DNA of 64,000 nucleotides from the human T2T-CHM13v2.0 reference genome, Homo sapiens. Under the pieces are notes generated by a model that was given only the letters and a program-made list of their open reading frames with translations, was not told where the DNA came from and did no database searches. Below, piece after piece: positions 39,471-52,900 of this stretch; within the stretch, counting starts at the first letter, position 1; each line of letters opens with the position of its first letter. A program made the position numbers and the translations under genes. The stretch is taken from the NCBI RefSeq assembly GCF_009914755.1, contig NC_060925.1; one strand, 5' to 3'.

Positions 39471-41484
39471 TTAATGGAAGATACTGAAATAAATTTACCA
39501 TTGATGGGAAGATCCAGCTAAGAGAGAAACTGGTGATGCAGAGGAGAAAGTGAATAACAGAAAGGGAAATCTTTGAGAGGATTAAAGGGAATGGGATCCA
39601 GAGTACTTGCTTTGAGACTGACCATAGACAGGAGGAGAGATGCTTTCTCCAGTGAAATGCGAGGAAGGAGAAGACAGGTAGAGATGCAGAAAAGACTGGT
39701 AGATTTAGTCGGGGGACGATGTGAGATCTTCTGTGTAACCTCTTTTGTTTTCTCTGTGAAATATGAGGAAAGGCATCAGCTAAAAATGAGAGAGGACTGG
39801 AGGCAGAGGGTGGGATGAGAAAGCTTGGGGAATGAGGAAAAGATGAGTGTCACTACTCAGAGTAGCAGAGCAAATTTCTTGGAAAAAAGTGCCACAATGG
39901 CAGTTCAGTGTCCTTTTGAATGCGGTGATCGCACATTTACTGCGTCAACAGTTTGCCTTCTTGTGTGGTAATTTCAATAACACGCAGCTGAGCAAGTAAA
40001 GGCATGGAGAATACAGGTGCATTTGGTAGAGACAGAGAAAGGCAACGAAGTTAAGGGGATTTGCAAGGAGGTAATTATAATGATGCCTCATTGAATTCAA
40101 GCTAGATGGGGGAGGGTGGGAGGTAAAGGCAAACATGTGCTCAAGGATAGACAGTGGTAAGATGGATGCTTTGGGGTTCTTGATAAGGTCAAAGATTATT
40201 CTGGTGGCTGTACTTGAGCAGAGAAAGTTCATCTCCAAAGAAAGAAAGTTTACTGATGATGAGCAGTTCAGGGAATGAAGAGGCCAGTTGTTTGATGGGT
40301 TATCCACATATTCTGGATCACTACAGTCATCTCTTTTTTTTTTCTTTTTCTTTTTCTCTGACCTCATTCTTCCATCACAATTAGTTTCTTTCTTAATTAA
40401 GCTCTTTGGCATTTGCCCTGTTCCAATCTATTTGACACTGCACTTTCAGCCCCAATTTGAAAATTCTAAGTGACTTCCCACTGTATACTGAACCAAGGAG
40501 TGAACTTATAAAAAAAAACTTAAATTTATTTGAAATTCACCATGTGTCATGTAGCACACTAAATGCCTTCTCTGGATTATCTCATTTAATCCTAACAACC
40601 ACCCTATGAGGTAGATACTGCTGTCATTATCTTCATTTACAAGCAAGGAAACTGAAGCAGAGAAAAGTTAAGTAATTTATGAAAGGTCACTTAGCAGTAG
40701 CGGAGTCAGCATTTAAACTCAGTATGTGCTTTCCCCCACTGCCACACCACCTGGCACTAGGAGCCCTCCAGAGTATGACTTCTACTTTGCTTTCCTGCTT
40801 TGTCCCTCATTATTGGAAGTGCTTGAGGAGAGACCAGAAATCAAGTAGAAGTTGGGCTGCAACTTGCTGGGAATGTTGCCAAGTACTTGCTGCTCCTTCC
40901 CATGGAATACCTTTTCCCTCTCAGCCAAAATCCTATCAGTCCTGGAAGGTCCTTGATGAACCTGAAAGGTCCCATCTTCTCCATAGGATTCCCCTCCTTA
41001 TGAACCCCAAACCCTCCCAAACACAGAGCCCTGGGATCTTTTCTTTCTCTGAACCTCCATAGCATTTTATCCAAATTCCTCTAATGTCATCTCTTTTACA
41101 TCAGATTACACATGTGCTTATCTCCACCGTTAGATTCTTGCCTTCAGTGGAAGTAGGGACTTAACGTTCTTTTCCCTTAGGTGAACTCAGCATGCATTGC
41201 AGGGCAGTAGGAAGCCAATGCAGGTTTGTTGATTAATTTTGGATGCAAAGGAAGGAAGTGATTGGTCCAAGTGTATATTTCGAGATATTGGAGCATCGGG
41301 ACCAGAATCCAGTTCTGTAAACTTTGAAGCCAACACTTTCTCCACATTGCCCCCTTTTTACCTCTTGGTTCTGATTCCATTTCCTTCCGTACTTTTGTCC
41401 CTGAAAATATACATGCACTTGGAAGCTTCTTGACTTTCTCTCAGCCCAGATGCAAGAGAAAACCTTCACCCATGGACAGATGGA

Positions 41485-41516
41485 CACACACACACATACA
41501 CACACACACACACACA
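41485..41516 (+). repeat. (CA)n microsatellite, FCGR2C intron 1
   Basis: Interrupted CA run. Confidence 0.9.
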
Positions 41517-41820
41517 GAGCTCTGATTCACCTAAGGACCCAGCTTTGCTTCTTTACCCAATAACAGCACCCACAAATCTTTATCTACCCTAGCCCACACT
41601 TTGCCTCCACTACGGAAGCTCTTTTCTTAACCCAGTGGCATCCCCCTACCCCTGCATGAAGTCACAGATCTAGTGCCCTTTTGCAGTCTCTTCCTCCTTT
41701 TATCAGATATTTCTAATAGCAAAAATCTGGAAGACCTAAATGCCAAGCAAAAGAGTTGTTAAATAAATCACAGGACAGCCAAATAGTAGGATATAGTGTA
41801 GCCATTTAAAATGACAACAT

Positions 41821-42149
<329 letters not shown>

Positions 42150-42758
42150 TCATCTTCTAGAACTTGCATTGCTCAGTGAAAAATCAGGTTAAAGAACAGT
42201 TTTTAGAGTATATCCTCATTTACACTTATGTATGTCTGTATGTGAACAGCGTGTGTCTGTGTGTGATCACAGAAAGAAATCCAACAGGATGTATGCCAAG
42301 GTGATAATATTTTGCTCCTGCGTATTTTCTATTTTTCTGTAGTGATCATGGATTACCTGTGCAATTTCTACCCCCTCCCAACAAAAGAACAAATCTTGCT
42401 CTCAGGATAAACTCTGGCAAAATTATTTATACTGATGCATAAATCATATGTAAAGCCCAACAGAGACCTCTTTCCAGAGGCATATTTATTTTAATCAGTC
42501 AAGAGGGGTAAGCCAAAGGAAAATGCCACAAAACAGGTGGAAGAGGGTGTTATATACTTTTATTTCATTTTTGTATGTTACTGGGAGTTCTCAGTCCTTT
42601 TAAAAGTGCAGCTCATCCAGGCAGTCCCAGGGGATATGGCCACGAGGGCTGTGCTGTAGGTGAAGGGCGCTCTGGGCCTGGGCAGTCTCTGGGCCAAAGT
42701 GGGCAGGTGTCAGTTCAGACACTCCACTGTGGGCTGATCTTTGCTTTCTGTCTTACAG

Positions 42759-42779
42759 CTCCTGTTGCTGGGACACCTG
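42759..42779 (+). CDS. FCGR2C: FCGR2C exon 2 (S2, 21 nt, APVAGTP)
   Basis: ttacag|CTCCTGTTGCTGGGACACCTG|gtaagt. Confidence 0.93.
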
Positions 42780-43898
42780 GTAAGTACTCCACCCACAGCC
42801 TTTCCTTCCCTCGGGTCCCCTTTTCCTCTCCTCCCAGTGCCCTGTCTGGAGGTGCTCTAAATGCACCAGCAACTGAGCCCAGTACCAAGTCAGGGCCAGG
42901 AAAGGGTAATTGCTCCCGAAAGATCCCCTCTCCCTCTTCCACTCTCCTCCTTCCTTTTCCTCCTTCCACGGAGGCAAGTGGTAGGCAGCCACGGTGTTCA
43001 AATGGGGGAGCTGTCACAGAAAATGAGAACTCTGATCTCTCTCTCAACTGCCTTCCGCTGTCCAAATAAAACCAAGGGCTTCCTCTCTCCAAATAAAATT
43101 CAGGCACATGCAAAATCACATGGCCTGCATATGTTGTCCCCCTGTGTTGCTAAATCCTTGACTGTGCATGTTTCTGAGAGCTCCAAGGCCTGTTCCCTGA
43201 CAGAGTGGTCTCTGCATACCTCTGGCTACACTTTGCCGGGCACTTCTGTGTTTGTGCCACTCAGCCTCCACCGCTCCAGGACTGGCCCTCCGGCTTTTCT
43301 CCCTCTCTCTTTATCCTTCTGAGGCCAGAGAGGCTCGTGTATGCTTGGGTGTGAGGACGGGCCATCTTGACCTCGTTTTTAAAGTATACAGAATGACATT
43401 AGGTCAGAACGGAAACCTGATATCCAACTCCCATGCCTGCCATCTCCACCAGAGCCCCCACTTATCTTCAGCCAGCCCCAGGGGAAATTTATCCACTAGT
43501 GTCCAAATGCCTTTGTTTATCGGGGAGAAAAGTTAGTCTCGAAAGAGTATGTATGTATGGGGTGTCTGTGTGTCTGTGCTGGTGGGGAGAGGTTGGTGGG
43601 GAGAGAGAGAAGGAACTGGTGAAGATATCTCAGGTAAAGTATATGTATTTCGAGGGTGTTTCTCTTGCCTGCTCCCTCCTTCTTCCCTGTTGCCCTGTCT
43701 GAGTCCTGGGTTCCCTGGGGCCCTTGTGGTGGGATGTATGAGCAAAAGCAACTGCCTTCAGTTGCAGAACCATTCTGGGCCTGGCTCAGCTTTTGGTGCC
43801 CCCAGTAGGCCTACAGGTGCTTTTTTGTCTGAGATTCAGGGCCTCTCAGGCTCTTGGGCTTCCTCTTCCTCACACTACCTCCTCTCTCTGCCCCTCAG

Positions 43899-44156
43899 CA
43901 GCTCCCCCAAAGGCTGTGCTGAAACTCGAGCCCTAGTGGATCAACGTGCTCCAAGAGGACTCTGTGACTCTGACATGCCGGGGGACTCACAGCCCTGAGA
44001 GCGACTCCATTCCGTGGTTCCACAATGGGAATCTCATTCCCACCCACACGCAGCCCAGCTACAGGTTCAAGGCCAACAACAATGACAGCGGGGAGTACAC
44101 GTGCCAGACTGGCCAGACCAGCCTCAGCGACCCTGTGCATCTGACTGTGCTTTCTG
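43899..44156 (+). CDS. FCGR2C: FCGR2C exon 3 (EC1) containing the premature stop at codon 57
   Basis: NAGNAG acceptor cagCAG; [26 protein letters not shown]...; Pro83 (CCG 44012-44014), Thr118 (44117-44119); donor gtcagt. Confidence 0.95.
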
Positions 44157-45480
44157 GTCAGTGGAGGAAGGCCCCAGGGTGGACCTGGGAGGGCCAGGAT
44201 GGATGAAATCTGCTTTCAGGCAGAGGTTTGCAGGAAAGGAGGGTGGCCTGCTTACTGGGAAGTATCGCTGTGAGTTGCCTCAGCACATGTCAGTGGTTGC
44301 TTTGCCTCAGTCCTGATTGAACAGAAGAAGATTACAAGGCCAAAAACAGGCAGCCAAGTGTGAGAGAAGCAGAAGGAAATCCCTACTGCATAAAATCCAT
44401 TTCCATTTTAATGGCAGAATTGAAAAGCACAGACCACAACTGAATCCTAGCCCTGGAAATGACTCACTATACAACATGATGAATTCATTTAACCCTTGAG
44501 TTTCCATTTCTTCACCTGCTCCGTGGGGCACTAACGCCTCCCTCAGAGGCTTCTGGTGAGAATCAGTGTTTCCCTGCCCCCGCCCCGCCCTCCATGCCCC
44601 TTCTCCACGTTCTCACTGTGCTAGGTGCTCTTCTCTGTCTTTCTCTTCCACCAGCCTGTGGGAAACCTGAGATGAAAGTCGTGTCTTACCCATCTTTGTA
44701 TTTCCAGCATCTGAAACTGGGCAGAGCTTAATAAATATTTTGCTGGAGAGGTTGATGATCTTACAAAGCTCCCATTGAAAGGTGGCTCTCTGTAAAGCAA
44801 AGTTACAATGAGATTGTGATGAACATTGTCCTTGCGGCTTTTCACTTAGTCCCCTCCCTTCACCTGAAGAGCAAATTTTCCTCAAAAGTACACAGCAAAC
44901 AAATGACCCACTGGTGACACTGCTGCCTTTAGACCCTGCTGGAAAGAATCTCCACATTTATTAACATTCCCAAAGTAAATTTATCAGGTAGCATTCATCA
45001 GGTAACATTTGTTGCACATTCATGACTTTTCTACTGTCCACAAAGGCATATGTCCTTATCATATGCAGACTCCTTGGCCACACTGGATTCCTCCTTCCCT
45101 CCTCGACATGGAAGAGATGGCATCTTAGGGTCTCTTGTGTTCTTCCTGAAGAGGCCTGTCGGGCAGGAAAAGGCTGCAGCTGCCTTCCTGGGAGAAGGAG
45201 GAGATGAGTGTATCCTGAACACCTATTATGTGCTAGGGGCTATTGTAGATACATGACATTATCATGCTCATTTTCACAAATGAGGAAACTGAGGCTCAGA
45301 AGACTTAAATTATTTGCCCAAGAGTTCATAAATGATAGAGCCAGCATTAGAGTCCAGGACTGTCTGATTTCAGACCTAAGCTGTTCCCTCTGCACATCAT
45401 GTCCCACCAGTAAGGAAGATCTGGGTCTCAGAGCTGAGCCAAGACCTCCCGGGTCCTCTGGGGTTTTCTGTGTCTTTCAG

Positions 45481-45735
45481 AGTGGCTGGTGCTCCAGACC
45501 CCTCACCTGGAGTTCCAGGAGGGAGAAACCATCGTGCTGAGGTGCCACAGCTGGAAGGACAAGCCTCTGGTCAAGGTCACATTCTTCCAGAATGGAAAAT
45601 CCAAGAAATTTTCCCGTTCGGATCCCAACTTCTCCATCCCACAAGCAAACCACAGTCACAGTGGTGATTACCACTGCACAGGAAACATAGGCTACACGCT
45701 GTACTCATCCAAGCCTGTGACCATCACTGTCCAAG
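45481..45735 (+). CDS. FCGR2C: FCGR2C exon 4 (EC2)
   Basis: tttcag|AGTGG...; [54 protein letters not shown]..., FCGR2B/2C type; donor gtatg at 45736. Confidence 0.95.
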
Positions 45736-46465
45736 GTATGAGGAGTCTGCCAAGATGTAGGGAGGGGAGAAGAGGGGATGCACAAGGGCTGAGGTCACAT
45801 GGGCCTACATGGAGGTCTGAGAAAGGCCACAGCGCAAAATTGGGCACTGGAGCAAAGAGGAGTGGTGTGGAGGCCTGGCTAAGTATTGACCAATGAGCAG
45901 GAGTAGGGGCCAGAGCTTGGAGCCCTCAGGTGATAGGTGACCAGGCTGTTGTTCCACTTTGAAATGCAGGCCCCAGACTAAGGACGGCAGCGAAGCAGAG
46001 CTCCCTCGTTGGTGCAGAGGTTCCCTAAGCTCCTGGGCATTCGTAAGAACTGAGGTTTGCCTTTATTCTTCTCATGGCTCATGTTATAGCCATTCACTCC
46101 AGAAAGCCTGGCACGTCATGGACTGTTCAAGGCTGTGCTCCATAGAGTAATGATGCCTCCAGCTATGCGAGGCTTTGGGCCCACCCTTCCCACTGCCCCT
46201 GAGGGCTAAGGGGAGCCCTTCCTTCTGCTCCTGCCTGCTCACCAGTGTGCCTTTATTAGTTCGGTGGAGAAACCTCGGTAGGCAGGAGGCATAAGTCCAG
46301 CCACAGAAACCCTGTGCAGATGAGGCTGGGGATGTAGTGAGTGCTGCAGAAGTGAGTGACTCAGACACAGAAGAGCTTCGGGTGACAAGCACTAGGACAT
46401 AGCATTGGATGGGGGGGAGGTGGGACAAGGAGAGTACTGCCTGTCCTGATGTCTGTCTTCCCTAG

Positions 46466-46579
46466 CTCCCAGCTCTTCACCGATGGGGATCATTGTGGCT
46501 GTGGTCACTGGGATTGCTGTAGCGGCCATTGTTGCTGCTGTAGTGGCCTTGATCTACTGCAGGAAAAAGCGGATTTCAG
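46466..46579 (+). CDS. FCGR2C: FCGR2C exon 5 (transmembrane), Ile232
   Basis: APSSSPMGIIVAVVTGIAVAAIVAAVVALIYCRKKRIS; ATT at 46513-46515; donor gtttgt. Confidence 0.95.
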
Positions 46580-47762
46580 GTTTGTAGCTCCTCCCGGTCC
46601 CTTTTGTTATCAGTTTCCACTTGGCCCAGGCCCTAACCCCAGACATTGCCAGAATCCCTCTCTTTGGGCTAGATACACATTCAGATCTAGGCCCGTATTG
46701 TATTATAGTCATTCATTCGTTTATTAGATCATTCATTTGACAAGACTTGAACAAACTAGCTTATGTGTCAGCCAATGCGTGAGACATGGTGGGTGATGCC
46801 AAGAGAAGTCCAGTCCCTGCCCTTGGGGAGTTCTCAGCATTGTGAGGAAGACAGGGTCATTATAATAAGATGGGATAAGAGCAATGATAGGGACATGAAA
46901 AGCCTAGGATAGAAGTACAGAGGAGGCTCCATAGCCCAACAAGGGCTGAGGCAGTTGGAGAAGTTCTCAGGGAGAGCAGTGTAGTGTAGTGATGGAGTGC
47001 ACATAGTGGGGCCAGACTGCCTGGGTTCAAATCTAGTTCTACAGCATACCAACTATATGACCCAAGTGAGTCACTCCACCTCTCTGTGCCTCAGCTGTCT
47101 CATGTGGAAAATGGGGACACTAACAGGACTTACCTCACAGGGTTGCCATGGGGATGAAAGAGGCTGATGCTCTTACACAGTGCCTGGTAGGCAGTAACAG
47201 CACACAAACAGGGCTGTTGCCATTCTGGAGGAGGTGGTGTGTGAGGGCAGCGCTTAGCTAGGGAAGGAGGACCCTCCAGGCACTGGGCCAAGGCAGGGAT
47301 TGAAGCCGGGTGGGGCTCATATGGGTGTCGAAGGGGGAGAAGAGAGGGTACTGCAAGCCACCAAGAAAGAAAGAATCCCGCTAACACCTCACAAAGCACT
47401 TTTCAATTGGTTCATAGCCAACACCTCAGTTACTGATGATAAGTAAATACAGAGAAACAGAGAGAGAGAGACTGAGACACAGGGGTGTTTTTAAAAGGCA
47501 GAGCAAGCCTCAGACAGATGCCATGGCGTGGCCTTTCTGACACTCCTGGGCATCCCCATGGGTGAGCTGAATTCTGCCTCTGGACCAGCCCTTTTCCAGG
47601 CGGGAGCGGCCCCTGAGCAGGGGAGCTGGGGGTGGGAGGACAGGAAACATCTGCCAGAGGGAAGGCCTGAGCTGGTCCCATCCAACCCTGGCCCTGGTCC
47701 TTGGTCCTGAGGACTCAGGCCCCACCGCCTAATCCTACTAACCTCCTGTGTGCCCCTCCCAG

Positions 47763-47819
47763 CTCTCTCAGGATACCCTGAGTGCAGGGAAATGGGAGAG
47801 ACCCTCCCTGAGAAACCAG
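47763..47819 (+). CDS. FCGR2C: FCGR2C exon 6 (C1, 57 nt; FCGR2B1-type insert, absent from the canonical FCGR2C protein)
   Basis: cccag|CTCTCTCAGGATACCCTGAG...AAACCAG|gtgagt; [19 protein letters not shown]. Confidence 0.85.
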
Positions 47820-49269
47820 GTGAGTACAGGTTGTCTCAGGGATTCAGTGATGGCTCACCAGGGCTGCCGGCTGGACTGCAGCCAGCGAGAAGGGGCTTGT
47901 GCGAGTTCAGCTGGGAGCCAGGGAGGGAGCAGCGGTGGGAGGATGGCCGGGGCTCAAATCGCTTGGTTAGCTCTGAGTCTAACTCCTGGGCCTAAAGATG
48001 ACCTCTCTGGAGATGAGAAGAGAAACACCAGTCCCAGATACAGAGGAGAGGGCTGTGTCCGAATTTCTGGTACCAGGAATCTGATGATATTTCCAGAGCA
48101 AGAAATCAGAGATACTTTGGTCTTTCTGTGGAGCTTTGGCAGAGCTGGCAGAGGATGGGGTTAGGGGCTGTAAGACTGAGGCCAATCGGACGTGGGAGGC
48201 AGGAGTCTAAGGGGAAAGGAGGAGGAGGCCTGGAAACCCCTCAATTTGCTGAGGAATCTGCCTCTGTGGAGGGATGGGGTGGAGTGGCCAGGCTCAGCTG
48301 TCTGTGGAACACTAAGAGGAGGTTTGGGCTTGAGAAAATTCTGGGGGGCTAGGGGCACTAGTGGGCTCTACTCTGTGGGCAAAGCTCGGTTCCAATGCCC
48401 ATGCACTCAAGGTTGACTGAATTTTGGCCTGGTTCTGCCCCCATCACACAGTGGAGCCCTGAGCAAGTCAGTCTCCCTGATGGGGTTCAGTCTCCTCACT
48501 GAGGAAATGAGTGGGTGGCCAGGGTGACCTCTCAGGCCTTCTAGGTCTGACATTCAGGTGGGAGTGTGTAAAGGAACTTCCAGGAGGATGCCAGGTAACT
48601 TCCAGACTGTAGTTAAAGTCAGAGCATAAAGGAAACCAGAGCTTTCTCCGGGGGTTTCCATGACAGTAGGAACAGGCAGGAAAAAGGCTGTCAAAGACCC
48701 CACCTCAGATGGCTGGAGTATGATTCAGAGCAGAGCCAACAGATTTAAGAGCTTGAGCAAAATATCACTTGTTCAGCTGTGCTTGCAGCAAGGTTGCACG
48801 TCCGCTGGCCAGGCCCAGTGGTGATAGGGGCCTGTGTTCACACCAGGGCCAAAACAGATCTGGAAAATACAAAGTCCAAGCAACTGGATTATCCATCTTG
48901 TTGTGTGGTTCTGTCTGCACTGGCATAAGCACATTTCATGAGGCATTTTTGCAGCCAGGCATTGGGGCTGCATAAATGGTTTCTTAAAAATCCTTTCCCA
49001 AAAGGCAAAGCTGGTTTGCTGGAATTGTTGGGGAATGTATTAGAATGGGAATTCAGAATGTGGTTTGCTGCAGAATTTACAGCATGGCAATAAAGGCTCT
49101 CTGTGTTCAGGGGGTGAGAGAAGAGACTAGATGCATTGTGTCAGATGTCTCCCGACTTCCTGAGAAATGCCACTTTGCAAATACTGGGGCTGCTTTTCAC
49201 ACTGGCCAAGTCAGTTTACGACAAAAACATGAGGCAATTAGGTGTGTTTTGGACACTAACCAGAGAAAG

Positions 49270-49430
49270 TCCTTCCTTCCCTCCCTTCCTCCCTCCCTCC
49301 TTCCCTCCCTCTCTCCCTTCCTGCCTTCCTTCCTTCCCCCTTCCCTCCCTCCCTTTCTCCCTCCCTAAGCTCCCTCCCTGCCTCTCTTTTTCTCTCTCAT
49401 GTTACTTTCTCTTTCTGTCTTCCTTTTTAA
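49270..49430 (+). repeat. (CCTT/CCCT)n polypyrimidine tract, intron 6
   Basis: About 150 nt almost exclusively C/T. Confidence 0.9.
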
Positions 49431-49889
49431 TGCCATGGAGTACTATATTCTTCAAAGTTCCAACAAAGATGCACTACATTTGGACAATGTGGAAATGGCC
49501 CTCAGCCTTCTCTTCCTGATGTGGTCAGCAAAAATCTGGACTTTACTTCACTCTGATGCTGAACACCCTGCTCCACATCTTCCCCAGTATCTCAGATCCC
49601 CAAGCTGTCTGGTTTGCTTCTAGGAAAGCTCAGCAATTCCCTGAAAAGAGTGTGGCCCAAGTGACTGCTTCCCTCCACCAGTGTGGCCCGTGGGGAAGGC
49701 TGTGGCTGGGTGACCCCAAGGGTGGGTACATGAGGCCATATTTACTTAGCCCTTGGCCTTACAGGACTGTGTCAAGGGGTCAGTAGTCCTTGCTTTGAGT
49801 CTGGTTATGGTTTTGCAGCCTCAGCATCAGCGTGGGCAGGCCCTTTTCAACAGCAGTGCCCTGGCTAATCCTTTTCTTTTTCCCCACAG

Positions 49890-49927
49890 CCAATTCCACT
49901 GATCCTGTGAAGGCTGCCCAATTTGAG
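49890..49927 (+). CDS. FCGR2C: FCGR2C exon 7 (C2, 38 nt, ANSTDPVKAAQFE), donor mutated
   Basis: ccacag|CCAATTCCACT...TTTGAG|atgagt: the +1 base is A, not G. Confidence 0.92.
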
Positions 49928-52900
49928 ATGAGTAATCCCAGCCATCTCCTTTTCTTCCTGCCTTGTCCCTTCTCTCCTGTTTCCTCTCTTTTTGCCTTTG
50001 TTAATGCAAAATTAAAATGGAGACTGGGCCTGAAAACTCCTGAGCAAACAAAGCCACCCGGGCCTTAGAAATAGCCTTATCATTGCTTAAACTGCAAACA
50101 TAAGTGAAACTCAAGTTGGATTGTAACTAAAAATAGGTAATACTTAACTTGGATCATTTCTGGTAAATATTTATGTTAGACAGAAATAAGATTTAACCCT
50201 AGCCAATCGTAAGCAGCCAACTAACATAATTATGTGACTAAGAACACTTCAATAAGGTACCTCACCCAAAAGACAATTATGTAACTGCAAACCTATCAAA
50301 TTTCTTTATTTTACTTCCACATTTTCCCAATTAATACCTGTCTCTGACTTTCTGTCATTAAAACATTAGACCTCTTTTGGTTTGGTGTCACCCAATTCAT
50401 GAATTGCTTCTTACTCAAATGAACTCTTTAAAATTGTATTGTGCCTTAGATTTTTCTTTAACAGTTTGGTGTCAGAAGTAGGAGATAAAGTAGAATCTCC
50501 CCCAGAGATCCCTAAGAGCAATGGGTGACCAGGCATAGGTACCCATTAAGCCCATTGTGTTCACTGGTTTCTTCCTGCATTTGTGAGTCACTAGGTAAGT
50601 CCCTCTCAGATATCAGGCTTGCAACTTGTGTCCTGAGCTCTCTGAGTTTATTTGAGTAATTTTATTTCTCATTTGATTCAGCGGTTAATCTGGGTATTTG
50701 ACAAGTTCATCTGTTTCCAACAGGAACTATACTAGGTCCAGTATAGTGTACTAGTTTCCAGACAAGGTCTGATTTCTGGATTGGGATCCAGAGGTCAAAT
50801 TGGGTATTTGACAGATTGAACTAGGTGTTCAACAGAAACTGAACTGGGGGTCCAGTTGGAGTCCTCAGGTAGGTAAATTTCAGAAGGGCAAGATATTATG
50901 GCTTTGTCAGAATGTACAGAGTCTGGGACTCCTCCATCTGAAACACAGTGATTTCTATGTTCAGATAATATGGGCCCAGAACCTGTGACTTTCTAGAGAA
51001 ATAGGTGTGCCTTACCTATTGAGCCTTACCAGAGATGACTTAAAGTTGCAATGGTCACAGTGAGGATGTTTAAATCTAGAAAAAATTGTTCATTTAAGGG
51101 ATGCATTGGGAAAAAATGAGATCCCAAATGTCTCAGAAACAATGATAAATAATTTTGATTGGTATGTAAAGGTTTCTAAAAGAATGATTTAAAAAAATAG
51201 TCTCTCTAAGTAAATCTTTACAATGTGCTAATAAGAAAGTATTCTAAACCTATTAACCTCTTTGATTGCTTGCTTTTTCCATCTGAACCTACTCAATGCT
51301 AACCTCCTTAAAAAATTAGATCCTCAAATGAGCCAGGAGTATCTACAACAACTAAATTTAACTCTTGTTATTGCACACATGAACTATTATAAAAGCAACC
51401 ACTAAGGCTAAAAATAATAAAAACTAACTGGAAATAGGCCAGATAAACTAGATGTCTCCTTAGTCACTCATTTAAAATTTAATCCAGTCTCAATAAGATT
51501 GACTCCTAATAATAGGTGAAAATGCCCCAAAACTCCTTCTTGGAGAAGCTTCGTACCCTTTCTCCGGGCCTTTGAATTGTGTAAATGTTTTTAAAACACA
51601 AGCTTCAGCGAAAAGACTCATCAAAAAGAAAGAAGGAGGAATTTTTTAGAAACAAACTGGCAAATGAAAAATCTTAATAGTCCTCTCCACAAATATCAAT
51701 AAAAAGTGTCAGCCATCTGAACAGCTAACTTTAACCAGAGACTAGATCCAACTAATTAGTTTTATATTATTATACCTGGCACATGGCTAAAATTTCAGAA
51801 CAAAAGCCATGAATTTCTGTTTGCATCTTTCTGTATGTTTACATATATCTACACATGTGTATGCTATTTGTACATAATATTATTCTATCTCCAGATGGTA
51901 TTTATTAGAAACAGTATTAAAGGAGCTCAACTGGCCTAGAGAAAAATAAGCACTTATATAAATTACATATTTTCTCAGAAGAAAAGAACTTGGCCAAAAT
52001 GCTTTTCAACTTCATATGACCTGAGTAATCTTTTATAAATAAGAATATTGGCATTAATGAAAGTGAATATTCTACCTAGTTTTACCCAAATAAGCTCATG
52101 TTGTCTGCTATACAATTTGTCAAAAAAATACCTTGAGATGACAGGTAGTTGGTTTTGTTAATATTATGTTTGCCACTTTAACTATGTTAAATGAAATGAC
52201 AGGTATTCATTAAATATCTACACCATTTCCAGATAAGACAAACTACTAAAACAAAAATAAAAAAGTGTTCCACTTATCTTTTTCTCTCTACCTGATTGTT
52301 TCAGAATTTGGAAACTCTTATTAAGTATTTTTATTTTCAATCTGGGTGTTTGCATAGGTTCAATAAGAATCTATTCTCCTTATGACAGGACATAATTGGG
52401 CAAGTCCTTGGCTTGGCTTCTTAGCCTAGAGAGGCTTTTAAAGGTCTAATCTGAGATTTCTCAATTACTAGATAGTGTTTAAAAACTAAAGTTGACTGAT
52501 AACAAAGTCAGTAAAGTCTCTTGGATATCACCAAAACTGTGGCTAAAATATATTTTAAAATTACTGTTTTTATTATACCTATATAAATAATCAGGTCAAA
52601 ATTAATGAAACTAGATTTATTTTTGCAAAAAAGTCAACTTTGATTTTTGGTAAAAATGGAAAATAAAAATATTTTTCTCCAGAATAAAAAAGATTATATT
52701 TTAGTAGAAAACTATTGTGCATCCATTGTCAAATTCTAGGCCTGTTCATTTTCTTTGAAGTTTTATTATCTCCCTATAAACCAGATTGACTCCTGAATTT
52801 TTGTTTTTTAGTTCCACTAGAAACTAAAACTGCCCTTTTCCAAAGCTCTGCAAACTGAAACTGGTGACTTTAAGCTTCAGAAAAATCACTGCAACAGAGC

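Noticed and set aside
46483-46579. Reinitiation at the Met before the TM helix to make an ectodomain-less CD32c
   Set aside because: Far from the stop, preceded by out-of-frame ATGs, the transcript is a likely NMD target, and exon-7 mis-splicing would still take the ITAM out of frame.
49832-50068. 78-aa ORF across exon 7
   Set aside because: Exon 7 read through its dead donor into the intron and 5' LTR; not a separate gene.
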